Origin: Spizellomyces punctatus DAOM BR117
Lineage: Eukaryota
DNA: 64,000 nt
Reading direction: 5' to 3' (one strand)
Assembly (NCBI GenBank): GCA_000182565.2
Contig: KQ257458.1
Made by a program: the position numbers and the translations under genes. A model generated the notes under the pieces. The model was not told the DNA's origin. It searched no databases and saw only the letters and a list, made by a program, of their open reading frames with translations. This document shows positions 23,646-37,469 of this stretch, one piece after another (position 1 is the first letter of the stretch; each line of letters begins with the position of its first letter).

Positions 23646-23917
23646 ATATTGATTGCTGAGGATACAGTAAATACATCATTTTTAAATATACTCATCTAGA
23701 TCAGAAAGACTTGACCCGATGAGCTCACAGAAGCAAGAGCATCCCAAACAAAACTAATAATCAACGGCTGAAAATATCTGTGAAGCACTGCTCAGTGGAG
23801 AAGCGGCACTTAGCGTTGACATTGACTTTATCAACTAAGATGCGGGCAACCAGCCGTCCCGTTTGGTGGCATAGTACCCACGGAAACGAATGGCTCAGGA
23901 TTTCAAATGACATTTGA

Positions 23918-24669
23918 TAGTGTAGAGGTGACAGAAACTGGCCTAGCTACTACACCAGGGAATGAACCGGCGAGAACCGGTTCGGAAAAGCTAACTAACT
24001 ACTACTAGGCAATTATACACGCAATACGTAACGGTTCTAAACCGGATAATTGCCCACCACCACACGCGTTCCTACTGGGCCTTGATCTGGAACTCTTGAT
24101 CGACATTGAAGCCAGAGTCGTCGCAAGAGAGTTAATATCGTCAGGGAGACTCGCAAGCCGGAGGATGTTCAGTAACGAAGGCTTGGAGACTAGAACTGCC
24201 TGTCAGAAGATGACCAGATGATAAGAAATGATGCCATCGGTACATACCAACCAAGCTCAACAAATGTGGCAGCATAATAGTAGGTTTGTCAACAGATCCA
24301 ACTGGTTGCTGCTGGTTCTGGCCATTGTTGCTGTCGGGCGGACGAGGTCCTCGACACCACCACATCTGCATGCTCATGATTGACCGAGTCGCAATGAGGT
24401 TGCAATGTGGGTCACTATGAGGTTGCAATGTGGGTCGCGATGAGCGTTGGGCAGATGCTTGCGAGTCGAGGATGGGTAAAGAGGAAAGAGGGAAAAGGCC
24501 CCCCTTTTATAGACCTTTGGCATGCGCCTCACCGCAGTTTAAAAAAAAAGCATTACATGCATGCCACAGCGCTTTGAGCGATAGAGGGGGTTCTGATTAT
24601 TCGATATGATTAACCGGATTATCCGGATAATAATGGGTCCTAGTGCCATTTTCCATCACCTCCACACTA
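23918..24669 (-). mobile_element. Non-autonomous TIR element, copy 2 (inverted)
   Basis: Reverse-complement match to 2854-3594, including both TIRs, the TATA block, ATG at 24377 (MSMQMWWCRGPRPPD) and the GTATGT intron. Confidence 0.85.
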
Positions 24670-25104
24670 TGCTCAAAGCGATCAAAGGCAATTCTGTCAT
24701 CAGAACTCCCCTATTTCTCTTTTGAATTCATGGCCTACAGGCGTCATTTCTCTCTTTTCGTATCGCCGCCAAGAAGAAATACTTCGTACATCATTTAATC
24801 CTTGTCTGTTTTCATGCGCAGATTTTGATCATGAAAGGACGGTACATAAACAGCTGTGAGTTTTGCTGCACAAACTCGTGCCGCAACATTATTTTCTTCT
24901 ACTTGCTAACATGGAGCACTGCACAATGTGAAAATCTGTTGAGGGCCTTGTACGCTTCGACTGCAAAGCGCTTATACCGAGCCTAGTCATTTTTCTGTGA
25001 ACGTTTTGAGACAACTTATGAGCAGCTACTTGTCGTAGCGAAATACCCCATTCTTTCAATGTTATAACGGGTCAACGCTGGTTGCTGTTCAGCTCGCAAA
25101 CCAT

Positions 25105-25322
25105 GGGATTGGTGTGCACCGAGTACCACTCGGTGGTGAGGGCCCTACCGTGGCAGTTGGTGTGCTCCGAGTTACCACTTGAAGTGAATCTGCCGTAGCA
25201 GAGTGATTGGTGTGCATCGAGTACCACTCGAAGTGAATGTGCCTTTAGCAGAGTGATATGAATCTGCCTTAGCAAAGTGCTTGCTGCCGTAGCGAACCTG
25301 CCTTTAGCAGAGTGATGTGAAT
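25105..25322. repeat. Degenerate tandem repeat of ~49-bp units with internal hairpins
   Basis: Three units of TTGGTGTGCA(C/T)CGAGTACCACTCG.AGTGAATCTGCC.TAGCAGAGTGA, then three partial CTGCC(T/G)TAGC units. Confidence 0.7.
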
Positions 25323-26497
25323 AAGGGCGATGGCAAAGCGCAGCCTGCAAGCCCGGCTTCTTCATGCGGTATTCGCGCAAGTATGTGAGGCGTTGCCCGG
25401 CAAGGTGGCATCTATGTGGAAACTTGCATTGCGTCTTCAGCATTTTCGTAGCAGCACAGCCCATGCCATCCATCTCCAGAAGCGCGGTTGTTTTAGGTGC
25501 CGATGTACAAACTGGCAGAACTCAACTGGCATCTATCATTCTTTTTACTCTCCATGCCACGAAAACCACGCCAAGTGTCTCAATGAAAGATGAGTTTGGC
25601 AGCTGAGTTGCCTTATGGACTTTGCAATTCACCACTAGTTTTGAACCCTTTGGGTAGAGGATGTGACATAAACTGGAATCACAGAATGCTAGGCAATCAG
25701 TACGTGGCGAAGACTCGTAAGCTTATAGATCTGGACTAGCAAACGATGTGGTCCTTCTTTCCACAGCAAAATGGACGTTGGCCGTCTTCTTTCCCATTCA
25801 ATCCCACAATCCCAAAGCAAACATCTGCGTGAGCTGTGGGCTGTGCTTTTGTTGAAACGAAATGTGCCAAGCCCCCCGTAGCGCTTCCCAGTTGGTGACT
25901 TTGTGTATTACATACCTATGACTCATGCACGAGACGGGGTGGAGATTTGTCCAGTGGAAATCCAAATCCACCCTCCACCTTCCTTGTCCTCTTGTTGCTG
26001 TTCTTCCACAAAAGACATTACTTGCATAGGTACGAAGTCTTGGCACGGATACATCAGAAGGAAATCCACAGACTCTTAAAGAGAGCGTTCTTGTGTATTT
26101 TTGTTTACAGTTCTCTTGCCGTTCACAAGCAACAGTCCGTTGTCGAACTATTTTACTTGAGCTTGCTTCTTTGGTGAGCAAAGGACACTATTCCTTCGTT
26201 TCGATCTCGCCGCTTGCGGCGGCTATTGTGAAAACCTAACCGAACCTTTCTCCCTTGAAAGCGAATAGCTTTGTCCCTTCTGTTTGTATTTGCGAAATAT
26301 CACTTTCATAGACAGAAAGAAAGGAGCAAACCGCCTGAAAAGACGCTTTCTTCTTGCAAGTAGCCAAACAAAGGACACGCAAGAAAAAGCTTTTCGTTGC
26401 TTTAAACAACCTCACGTCCCTCATAATCTGAAAGAGAAAAGGCCCGGGTCGATCCTAACCATAACATCCCTTGATCATCAAAAACTCCGCGCGCGCC

Positions 26498-29155
26498 ATG
26501 TCAGGTTTCCGGAACTTCTCCACGTCCACATTCACCACAAGCGCCCCAACTCTAAATAGTGCCTTGGACGAAGACGATTGGCGCTCTGACGAGGAAGACG
26601 AATCGAACACTGCTCCTGCCTCAAATAAAAGCGCTCCGTCGTTTGCATTACCATCCTCACAGAATAACTGGAGAGAGCAGAACCAAGAAGATTGGTTAGC
26701 TAACAAGCAAAAGACTATAACCTCGGAGACAAGAGTTACTCCTCCTCCGCCTGTTCGCGCTACTCCACCTGTGCCAGTCTATCGCCCGTCGTACGCTACT
26801 CCTCCAGTAACTTCGGGTGTATCCCCCAGTGTGCCAACGAGGCCTATCAACGAAGCGGTCACAGTTTCCAAATCAAGTACTTTTAGTGCTCCAGTAAAGC
26901 CTGTCAAGCCAACTCGGCAGTACGAGTAAGAATTAATGTCGTGGACATATTACTGCATGGTTAGAAAAAATACTCATTGTTTTTCTTTTTGGCAGCACCA
27001 GCCACCTGCCTACGACAATACCTGCCTACCCGGGTGCAGTTTCAGGAAAATTTCCTTCCGCTGCTCAATCTGCCGAAGTCCACCCTTCATCTTATCCTAA
27101 ATACAAAATGGGTATCAACACTCAAGCTCTCGCTGTTAAATTTCCTTATTTCACTCCATCCGAAATTGCTGCTTTCCACCAGCAATTTGCGTCCCTCGAC
27201 AAGGATGGACGTGATCTGGTTCACCAAAGCGATCTCACCAACGTTGCTACAAAAGCTGGCGCAAGCTCACAGGATGTCACGGCTAAGTTGGCTCAGTTGA
27301 GTTTGACTGACGAAGAGGGACTTGTAAGTTTCGAGGGTTTCTTGCAAGCGGTCTCCAAAGTAAGAGCCGACAAGGGTGCGCCAAAACAACATGGCGAGGA
27401 CAAGAAGAAGATTGTTTTGCACGGCCATCTTGAAAATACCACGCATACTATCAATGAGGATGAAAAAGAGTCTTTCACGCAGCATATCAACCAGCAGTTG
27501 GCCTATGATCCGCACGTCAAGGACCGATTACCTATTGACCCTGCCTCCATGCAGGTTTTCTCCGAGTGCAAGGGTATGCTTCAAATTTGGTTTAATTTGT
27601 TGTTTGCTATGGCTGACAGTTAGCTACAGACGGTCTCCTTCTCGCTAAGCTGATCAACGACGCTGTTCCCGGCACTATTGATGAGCGAGTGTTGAACGTG
27701 TCGAAAAAGCTCAATGCTTTCCATATGACCGAGAACAACAATGTCGTCGTCAACTCTGCAAAGGCCATCGGTTGCAGCGTCGTCAACATTGGTGCCCAGG
27801 ATCTGATTGAAGGTCGTGAGCACCTTATCCTTGGTCTCATCTGGCAGATCATCAAAATCGGTTTGCAAGCGAAAATTGACATCAAAGTTCACCCGGAGTT
27901 GTTCCGGTTACTGGAAACTGGGGAAAGCTTGGAGGATTTCTTGAAGTTGCCTCCAGAACAAATTTTGTTGCGGTGGTTCAATTACCACTTGAAGAAAGCA
28001 GGGTGGGCGCGAAAAGTTACAAACTTCAGTTCCGACGTCAAGGATGGAGAAAACTACACTGTTTTGCTCAACCAACTCGCCCCATCAACATGTTCTCGTG
28101 CACCGCTGCAAATTCACGACCTTCACGAGCGGGCTGAAGCCGTCCTGCAGAATGCCGACAAACTGCAGTGTCGAAAATACCTTACCCCCAAGACTCTTGT
28201 GGGTGGTAACCCCAAGCTCAATTTTGCATTCGTAGCACATCTCTTCAATACCCACCCAGGTTTGGAGAAGCTCAGCGAAGCTGAAATGGCCCAGCTAGAT
28301 GAATGGCTCTTCAGTTCTGAAGGTGATCGGGAAGCGCGTGCATTTGCGCTCTGGCTCAACAGTCTTGGAGTGGAGCCATTTGTCAACAACTTGTTTGACG
28401 ATCTTCGGGACGGTTTGATACTTCTCCAAGCAATGGACAAAGTCCACCCGGGCATTGTAGACTGGAAGAAGGTGAACAAGGCTCCCGTGACGAGTAAATT
28501 TAAGAAGGTGGAGAACACAAATTACGTCGTGGTGCTCGGAAAGAGTATGAAGTTTTCGTTGGTGGGAATTGGAGGGAGCGATTTGACAGATGGAATAAAA
28601 AATTTGACTCTTGGTAAGCATTTTTCGATGGGCTTATCTTACAATGGTGTTCCTAACATTTCTATGTTCCACAGCGCTTGTATGGCAACTTATGCGGGAA
28701 CACGTCATTCAAACGCTCCGCACTTTATCAACAGGCGGACGGGAGATCACCGATGCAGACATGATTAAATGGGCCAATGACACTGTCAAGTCTCGTGCAA
28801 GCAAGAGTTCGAGTATGGCGAACTTCAAGGATCCTAGCCTCTCAACAGGAATTTTCTTCCTTGACTTGTTGAACGGTATCAAGAAGGGTGTTGTGAACTA
28901 CGAGCTTGTGACATCAGGAGAATCGGAGGACGATGCAAAGATGAATGCCAAGTACGCCATCTCCATTGCACGTAAGCTGGGTGCTACTATCTTTGTTTTG
29001 CCGGAGGATATCGTGGAGGTGAAACCCAAGATGGTGAGTAGGGCGTGCTTTCGAATTCAAAAGTAGGTTCCAGTCGCTCATATATCATTTTCCTTTTTCA
29101 GATCTTGACGTTTGTGGGTACTTTGATGGCGCTAGACAAACAGCAGAATGCATGA
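26498..29155 (+). CDS. SAC6: Fimbrin/plastin (EF-hand headpiece plus 4 CH domains) with an N-terminal extension
   Basis: HTINEDEKESFTQHIN, DGLLLAKLINDAVPGTIDERVLN, LPPEQILLRWFNYHL, NAKYAISIARKLGA and KMILTFVGTLM. Confidence 0.95.
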
Positions 29156-29426
29156 TGTCGTCTTGTAGTTTCGTAGATCACTTTGAAACAGCTTATATAA
29201 TTCAAACGTATGGTGAATCACCCAGTGGCTTGTCAGTGGCGCATGATCCATGCTAGTGGAGACAATGTCCCCAGGGTTGGTCGACAATATCCTCAAGGTC
29301 TCTCGCCACCATCCATTTTGCATGTGAATTTCCATCAAGTAGCCCTTCTGTCTCGCTCCCTGCATAAGCACGTCTGTACCTGCACCTCTTCAAAGCCCCC
29401 AAAGGCCACACGCGCGGGCCCGTTTG

Positions 29427-31829
29427 ATGATGGAAGGTGAAGGAACAGCAACAACATCAACCACGCATACAACACACAAAAAGGCACACAAACAAACACA
29501 TGTGGAGGGACAATCACGACAGTTTCTCACGGCGCAGAAACTGAAAATAACGGGGACGAAAGTATGGGCGTGTGATCGATGTACGTTTTCACTGTCTGCC
29601 TTTAAGAAAGAGCGCGTTTCACTGCCCTGTGAACATGTCACTTATGTGTATCCTTGCAGGTTATCGTCTAAAGAACAAGTGTGATTCAGGGAGACCCACT
29701 TGTTCTGTCTGTGCAAAAGGAAATCATGAGTGTACATATGGGCAGAGGAGTAAAGGGAAAGGAGTAGGTAGGAGGTCACGGGCTGGGTCTTTGACGGAAC
29801 CTGCTGATGGCAATCCGTATGTATGATTGTGCATCTATTTCTTCCGCCGGAGTTGCCATGGACTAATATTGTGTGTGCGAAAGGTACACCCAAATGCTAC
29901 AAACCAGGCTGTATGAACTGGAGGAAAAGGCGCGAAGTATGAGTGTACCTAATGACGATCCACGAGTACCAGATCCTCGAAATCAAGACCCGCGAGTGCA
30001 GGACCTGGAGGCGAGAACAAGTCAAATGACCGTGTCGGACCCAGACCCAACGACAGATCCTGCATATGCCGTTTTATCACCCATAGCCGCAGAAGGAGCG
30101 ATGGTGGAAGGTGCATTTTCTGCGTACGATCTTGGCGCCGATTCACATGCTCCAGTCGACTATCTATTCCAACCCATTATCCCCAGCAATATGTACTCCA
30201 CATTACCGTCTGACCAAACCCTCTTCTCCGATGATGTACTGAAATATCTGGTTCACACGTTCTTCCTCGACATTGTACCAACATGGTTTCCCAATCCCAT
30301 TCATCAAGCAACCTTCATGGCAAGGTGGCCCAATCATCCACCATTATTGATCTATAGCATGTGTGCAGCTGCCGCGAGACGATCTGATCATCCTGTGACG
30401 AGGGCGTACGTTGCATCAAGGAATGTACCGCTGTATTTGGGAGGCGAACCATATTTTTGGAAAGCTAGGGAGATTATAAATTCTTTCGTGGGGGAGCCAG
30501 ATTTTGAGACCGTTTTGGCGCTTGTGACTCTCGGGCTGGCAATGTCAGGTGAGCATTTCAAAGGCAGCGATCATCTGGTTGGTCACTGCAAGTGCTGACG
30601 GCTTGATTTCTGTGGCTTTTGCTTTGTTTCTTTACAGGGATGGGAAACCGTAAGTACCAAGCAATATTTCGATTCTGTGGTAGGGAACCACCTGGACATT
30701 AATAATTTGTTGTTATTTTTATCCTTCAGTTGATGCCTCGGTTCCTCTCATGTCAATGGCGATCCAGACAGCCCTTTCCCTGCGACTTGACGTCGACCCT
30801 GACGTGGAGGAAGTACATGGACAGCTGACATGGCTCCAAAAAGAATCGCGTCGACGATTATGGTGGACTCTATGCATGGTACGAAACCGTAATATCAGCG
30901 GTTACTCATATGGTAAAGGGATGTTAAGATCCGTTTGGTCTATATTGTAGTACGACCGGCAACCTAAACCGGGTCTTGAGTCTCCCGACGAGCAACGCAT
31001 TCCACCAATGATTAATGATCAAGCCCGTCCTTCCGTCGATCAGTTCACGTTTTTCGGTACCTCGAGTCGCACTGTTCAAGTTCCTGCTCCAGAACCACTG
31101 TGGCTGTCTGTAGCGGATCCCGACGGTCTTCCCGTTCTCGAAGCTTTTGTTCCAGGTCTCGACATTGACTTTATTGATCTGTCGGGTCGCCTCGCACGCG
31201 TTTTTTACAAAATCCAATCATTGTATGATTCAATGCATGGTTCGCAAGTCACCTCACCTGATTCCCTTCTACCTTCCCCCATCTCGTTGGTCGAATCCGA
31301 GTCTCTGCTAGTGATTGAATTGACCGCGATCATGGGCGCCCTCCCCGCATGGGCCCGTACTATTGATACCTACAATGAATTCTCCCCACACATAACTTCC
31401 CGTCCTCCATTACCGCCGTACCACCTCTTAACCCACCACATCATCCACCACGCGCTTCACGTGTGCTTGCGCCTCCCAACCGTTCTCGCTGCAGCCGATA
31501 GCCTCAAATACAAAACCAACCTGACACCACACATCCTCGCTAGCTATAATCACTGTCGCTACCATGCCTCAAGAGTTGCATACCTCCTCCGAAAAATTGT
31601 GGCGGTGAACCCTACAGCCAGGTGGATTGACTGGTACACGCTTTACTTGGCCTTCAGATCAGCGTTGGTTCTCGTCGTGGCACTTAATGCTGAAACGGAT
31701 ACAGAGGAGTTGGTGAGAGCTAGGAAAGATTTGGAAATTCATTTGGAGATTATGAGGAGTGTTGGGCGACACATGTGGTTTGGGAATTATATGACCAAGA
31801 TGTTTGAATCCATTATTATGGAAGCTTGA
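29427..31829 (+). CDS. Zn(II)2Cys6 fungal transcription factor with fungal-specific middle domain
   Basis: Spliced ACDR-C-YRLKNKCDSGRPTCSVCAKGNHECTY; MAIQTALSLRL...KESRRRLWWTL; includes a 12-nt exon at ~30638-30649. Confidence 0.9.
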
Positions 31830-32191
31830 GGGAGAGTTGTTTAGGATATTGCTTTTATATAATGAAAGAGGGCTCTTAGCAATTGTGCGTTTGAGCACAG
31901 AACACGACGGAGCTTGGATGCCGGCGTTGAACTTCCTAGCAATCATTGGCCGCCGCTTCACTTCACTTTATAAATGCACTCTTCTGCAATTTTTTGACTG
32001 ATGTGGCATATCAATCTGTGGTCACTGGGGAGGAACTACATAACGACCTATTTACTATTATTTACATTAAGGGACGAATCTTAAACTACAGGGACGGAAA
32101 ACTATGAATATGTTGATTCAGTCCTTCAATCGGTGAACGAAAGGTGTTGAGTGCGGTGTGTGGACGCGGGAAAGGATGCTCGGATGTGGAG

Positions 32192-33228
32192 CTATGTGGT
32201 CGGGATTTCTATGATTGTATCCGATGCTTCGCGGTCAGTGCCAGCATGGTTGGGTAATGGGATGGGTGCTAACGGGGGAGGAACATCAGAGGACGGTACA
32301 GCTGTTGCAGTCCTCACAGGAAGTTCCTCATGAAGCAGGGAAGCCTCCAAATACCAATTAGGTTATTGGATATTTAGGAATTGCAAAAAAAAAGGTAACA
32401 CCTACCTGTCCTCCATTTACCGCTAGGTTTTGCTTTGAGCGTCGCCAGTAACGGTAGCCAACCACAGCCCCAGTAATAATGTAAGCGCCCACCAAAGCAG
32501 CTATAATACCCGGGACAAGTCCCCTATGCGCCTCATCTGGGACCACCCTCCAATTGGGTGTCGTTTGTCCTGTCGACCACGGCGCTCTCGGATCCCACAA
32601 CCCAGTGACTTTAGTTGCATCGGGGACGCCAGAGCGCAATTGGCATTCCTTGTTCCTCCATGATATGTACGCGCAACTAGATATGTTTTGACAGTGGGAT
32701 AGGCATTCTTCAAGAGTAATTGGGGCCCTGTCTGGTGGGGAGGTGATGGTTGTCAGATTTTGGGATGGAAAGCTGGCAGGTAGGTCACCAAGGAGAGGGT
32801 AGTCAGGAGACGAGAGAAAGACCGTAGTGTACTTTGCCTGCTTGATTGGAGTATGTCATTCGACGGTCATGAAAGCAGAGAACAAAGACATTGAATAGCG
32901 AAGCACACACCCCATTCCTATTTAAAGTTCGCAAAAAACACAGAGTCCCATCCCACACCCACCAATCACATCGCTGGTTCGCAACTCCACAGACATCTCC
33001 ACAGGCACAAGCGGAATTCGCCGTGACGACACGCTCTAATAGCGGCAACGCCGCGGTCGATCCTAGCGGGATGTCGATGCCCCATAGGACTCTGAACCCC
33101 ATTTTGGGCTGGGAACTGGGTGCTGGTGGACATGTTGGTGGTGGTGGTTCAGTAGGATCTACGGCGAAGATTGTGGGGAGAGTAAGAAGGAGAAGGAAGA
33201 GATATGTGCTCGCAATGGGCATGCACAT
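32192..33228 (-). CDS. Type I membrane protein with two PAN/Apple-like Cys modules
   Basis: Signal peptide; CGDVCGVANQRCDWWVWDGTLCFLR and EECLSHCQNISSCAYISWRNKECQLR; TM segment GIIAALVGAYIITGAVVGY followed by RYWRR; Pro-rich tail. Last exon boundary uncertain. Confidence 0.65.
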
Positions 33229-34785
33229 TGGTGGTGTGGGGACAGTTTGGCGGGGAGGGGGGACGACTCCACAATGGGTTTCTTTGGATTTGATGAGATA
33301 CAGGACAAGATGATTGTGCAATGCCCTTGCAGTATATGACGTCGATTGCTCTGCTTATCTCTTTTTTGATTGTCAAAACATATCCCAAACGGAAAAATGA
33401 AGAAAACATTCATTTACCAAAACTCCTTCATCATGAGCCGAGGATATAAAAGGAGCTGGTGATGGACCATGTGGTAACGTCAATTGCTATCAGTGTGGTT
33501 GTCAAAAGGAATGTAAGCATCACAGTGACAGACTTGCATTTTGACAAGATCAAAAAGGGCGGGGAAGGCAATATCCAAAACAAGCAAAACGATAGGGGAT
33601 TGCGCAGGGCAGAAGCGACCTTTTTTTACGCCTTGGGAGCCCTTGGGTCGCCTTTTGAAAAACCGTGCTACTTTTAGAGTTGTCCCGATAATTGCTGAGT
33701 ATTTGGATTAGCCAGCTGTGGGGTGAATTGCGGCAATTGCGTTGCTTGCTACGACACATTTGCTATGCTGTTGGCTTGTAAAAATGAAAAGGGCATGGCA
33801 AGCCATTTGTTACAATTGTCGTACGATTTACACAACTGGTCTTATTTCCACGTGCATTGGCATCAACAATCCTCCTTGTAAAAGTCTGTGCAGGCAAGCA
33901 AACGCTTCAAGTTGCCGGTTAAAACTGAGAAGGAAGACGCGAATTGCTAGATGTCCAGGTTTGACGATACAGCACCTTTTTTTTTCCACTGCAGCATCAT
34001 GACAACTCATCCAATGCTGCCAGGATATGGTGTCCTCGCAACCTGAAAATATATTCTGCTGAAAAGGACGAGGAAGAAAGATCCAGCTCGTTTACATAAC
34101 AGGGATAGCTTGACATGATGTCACTCTCTTTTGCAGAACATCAAACCGTTGACATGTATAAAAGGATGCGCATTATTGTTGAAGTCGTTTGTTTGGTATT
34201 GACATTTGCAGGATGGAAACTACAAGTATGGGGCGTGTCAGAATCTTAAACTCAAATATCCTCGAGTCAGAGGATTCTAGCTAAAGCCTCCTAATGACCA
34301 ATGCTTTCGCAGTTCACGACTTCACGATCTTGTGCGTGATGTCATGTCTTTTTGATCCTGTTTCCAGAGACATGTTGCTATTGACACCCGGCGAGGTGTC
34401 TGTTCCCCACATCGCTACAAACTGGAAACTGCCATTGCCATCGTGCGGGGCACCCACTTTCCAAGAGCAGCCGTCAAAAAGCCAGTGAGTCAGGCCTTTT
34501 TTTGGGGCAGTGACAGGTTGAGGTGGGGAAAGGCCTCCAAAGCATCGCAGTCTTGTGTGGACGCGTCTGGTGGAGGGTAGTCGATTCCACTGCTTTGTCA
34601 AAACCTGTGATGTAATAAGTTACAAGACGGCTTTTTCTTTTTTGAACAGGGGCGCCAATGTGGATCGGAAGGTTGAAGGGGGCTTGACTGCTTTTGTTGC
34701 TTTTGCTCTGGACATGTTACTTTGAATACCTTTCCCAATACCGATATCTTTAGCCAGTCAGTATCCATCCCTTCGCCAACAAACA

Positions 34786-36013
34786 ATGCACGTTTCCTCC
34801 GACCCACCCACTCGCCTTTGTGTGCGAGTAGGAGCATCGCCATCATCTCTGGAAATGGCCCCCGTCAACGATGACTTTCATCCGATTGAATTTGATTCGC
34901 CTCATTTTACAGGACGGATATGCGTCCGGATCGTCCATTATCGCGGTATCACACCAAAAGGCCAAGAACCGCTTGATTCGACACCGTATTTTGAGGGGCG
35001 AAAGAGATATTTTTCGGTGCAGATTGAGGGCAGATTTAAGCAGCCTTGGAATGGGGACGATGTGATCTTTGGAGTTGTGTTTGAGAGAAAGTTGAGGCTG
35101 CCTCCTGGCGCTGATCTGGCATTGACCATCGCCAAGGTGTCTTTGAACGATTCCTACAGTTTTTGAAACTCAGACTGGTCTCTTCCTGGGTTAACACGGA
35201 CTTTCTTTTTTTTTCAAATAGTGGATCGATCCAGCACTCACAGCCGACCTACACGCAGACTCGCCATGGGCAATGAGTCCGATTCTCTGCGCCATGAACA
35301 TATTGAGTGTCCATCCAGCTCCATGCCTTCTCGCCCGAGACTCCTTTCTGAAAACGACGCGGATCGACCACCGAGGTCATCAAAAGACCAGGAGTGGGCT
35401 ATGGCGATTGTCATGGCCCATAGCTGGAAACGTTGATGATAAAATCAGTAATACTCTCGCGCTACCGGCTGCTGCTGAACCGTCAAATGCCCCAAATCCG
35501 GCACCGCAGCGTAAGCATGGACCTTTGAAACTGCCGCCGTGGGCGTTTGGAAATGAGCGTAGCCTGGAGGAAGATAATGCGTTAGTGACGGAAAAGGGAA
35601 AACCAGTGTCGGCAGAGAATCGGAAGGTTAGTGTTGTCTGAAAACTTACAACTCTTGTCGTAGAACTACCACTGACAGTATGTTATACTTGCAGAAACAT
35701 TTTGTAAAAGCCTCACACAGAAAAGAGTTTACCTTCTCACCAGATCATGTGTATGGATGGGGTACGCACGCAACCATTTGTTATTCTCGTTTTGTCCCTT
35801 CTTCTTATTCCCTGCATCAACCGATCAGATTTCTACAACCGATATATGGACATTGGTAACCTTCAAGTCCGTCTCCCTGGCTTCAGCGTAAATCTTGCCG
35901 ACTACTGGGATGGCCAACCACTTCGATACGTCGCTCGGTCAAGGGATGGAAAAGTAACCTTCTTTGTCGTACAGTTTGAATTGATGGATGACGCTGCTGT
36001 AGCGAATTCGTAG
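34786..36013 (+). CDS. DUF1769 (UPF0590) family protein
   Basis: SPHFTGRICVRI, YFEGRKRYFSVQIEGRFK, AKWIDP, PWAMSPILCAMN and YWDGQPLRYV; about 4 exons. Confidence 0.85.
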
Positions 36014-36446
36014 ATATTCGGTTATCCGGTTATCGTTACATGGCGTAGAGTCTCTTGAGATTTAGTGTTTGACAGCGTCATCTCCTTCTACTCTATATAC
36101 TTGGGTTATTCAGCTAAAATGTAGATGGATGCCTTTCTTATGTAGATGTGTTATGGGCCAACTTTGCTATGATTTTCTGTAGAATAGTTTTCATTGTCAT
36201 ATGAAAGAGCTTTAGTGCATCAACAAAGTGAACATGTGTCGCGTATCTTTCGACCCCATTCGGGACTTGCTCATATTCTTCACCGACACTAGTTTATACA
36301 ACACAACAAAAGACCAGATATCTACACATATGTAGCACTTCTAAATACAAGACCATATGATACCCTTTCACTTCATGATATACCTTGACACGACACTTCA
36401 AAGAGAAAGACACGAGTTTCGATCAATTAAGATGTCAAACGAACAT

Positions 36447-37469
36447 CTAGACGACCTGGGCACTGGGCAAGCCGTTTTGAGCTTCCAGCGCAGTACGAGC
36501 CTTCTTGGAAGCCTGCACTTGGTTAATCTTAGCAACCAGGTCCTGCACGGCGTTGGGATCGGTGGCGCGTTGGCCAAACTGTTGAGCAGCAAGATTAATT
36601 TAATATCCATTGTAAAACATTCACCTAGCGCCAACTACTTACTTCCATGGCAGCCTTAAGCAAGATGGAACGGTCAATGTGTTCCTTGGCTCTGGCATCA
36701 TCGACGGCCTGAATGCCACTAACGGGAATTCCAATATCTGGGACTCCCGGGACAGCCAGTGTGCCTGGCACAGCGCGGAAACCAGGCGCAAGATTGCTAT
36801 TATTATTATTGCCATTATTGTTGTTGCCGTTACTGTTGTTTTGGTTGCCACTGTTGCCATTATTCTGATTATTGCCGTTGTTGTTGTTGGCTGCCGGGGA
36901 TGGACTAGTCGAGGGAGCGGGTTTGGGAGCAGTAGCCGACGGGCCCTGCTGTCCACCAGGGAGCCTCAGGGGAGTGCCACAAGGAACGTCCGTAGGAGGA
37001 TTAGGGTTCGGAGGAATCACATTAATAGGAGCGTGAGCCATCTCGTTGGCGAGCGCTCTAAGAGGTAAGCATTCATGAATGAGCGCTTGCCAGTGTGCCA
37101 TCACGATTGCAAACTCTTGAAATGATCAAACATACACTGCCCCGGGACGATCGCCAAAGTTGTCGAGCAAGGCTTGAGCCTCCCTGGTGCGTCCACAAGG
37201 ATCATTCTTGGCAGCAGCAGCCAAGATGACCCCCGTATAGCGACCAAAGATGTTGAAGCAGTTTTCACCCTTGGATCCCTGCGCACCATTCAGGGAGTTG
37301 CAAAAAGCTGATAATTTGTTTTTGGCTTGGGTAGTTTTCTGTTTAAACGCAACATTGTTTATTCCCAAGTGGACCTTTATCAATGACTTCAAGTACATAC
37401 AGGATCTTCGACGGCGGCAACGGAGGAAGCCAAAGCAAGGCATGCGACCACGACGGTAGTGACTTTCAT
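36447..37469 (-). CDS. Secreted protein with an Asn-rich low-complexity linker, function unknown
   Basis: Signal peptide MKVTTVVVACLALASSVAA; about 4 exons with GT..AG introns; four Cys; poly-N tract at ~36800-36890. Confidence 0.7.

Noticed and set aside
25105-25322. CRISPR-like appearance of the hairpin repeats
   Set aside because: Units are contiguous and degenerate with no unique spacers, there are no cas genes, and the context is eukaryotic
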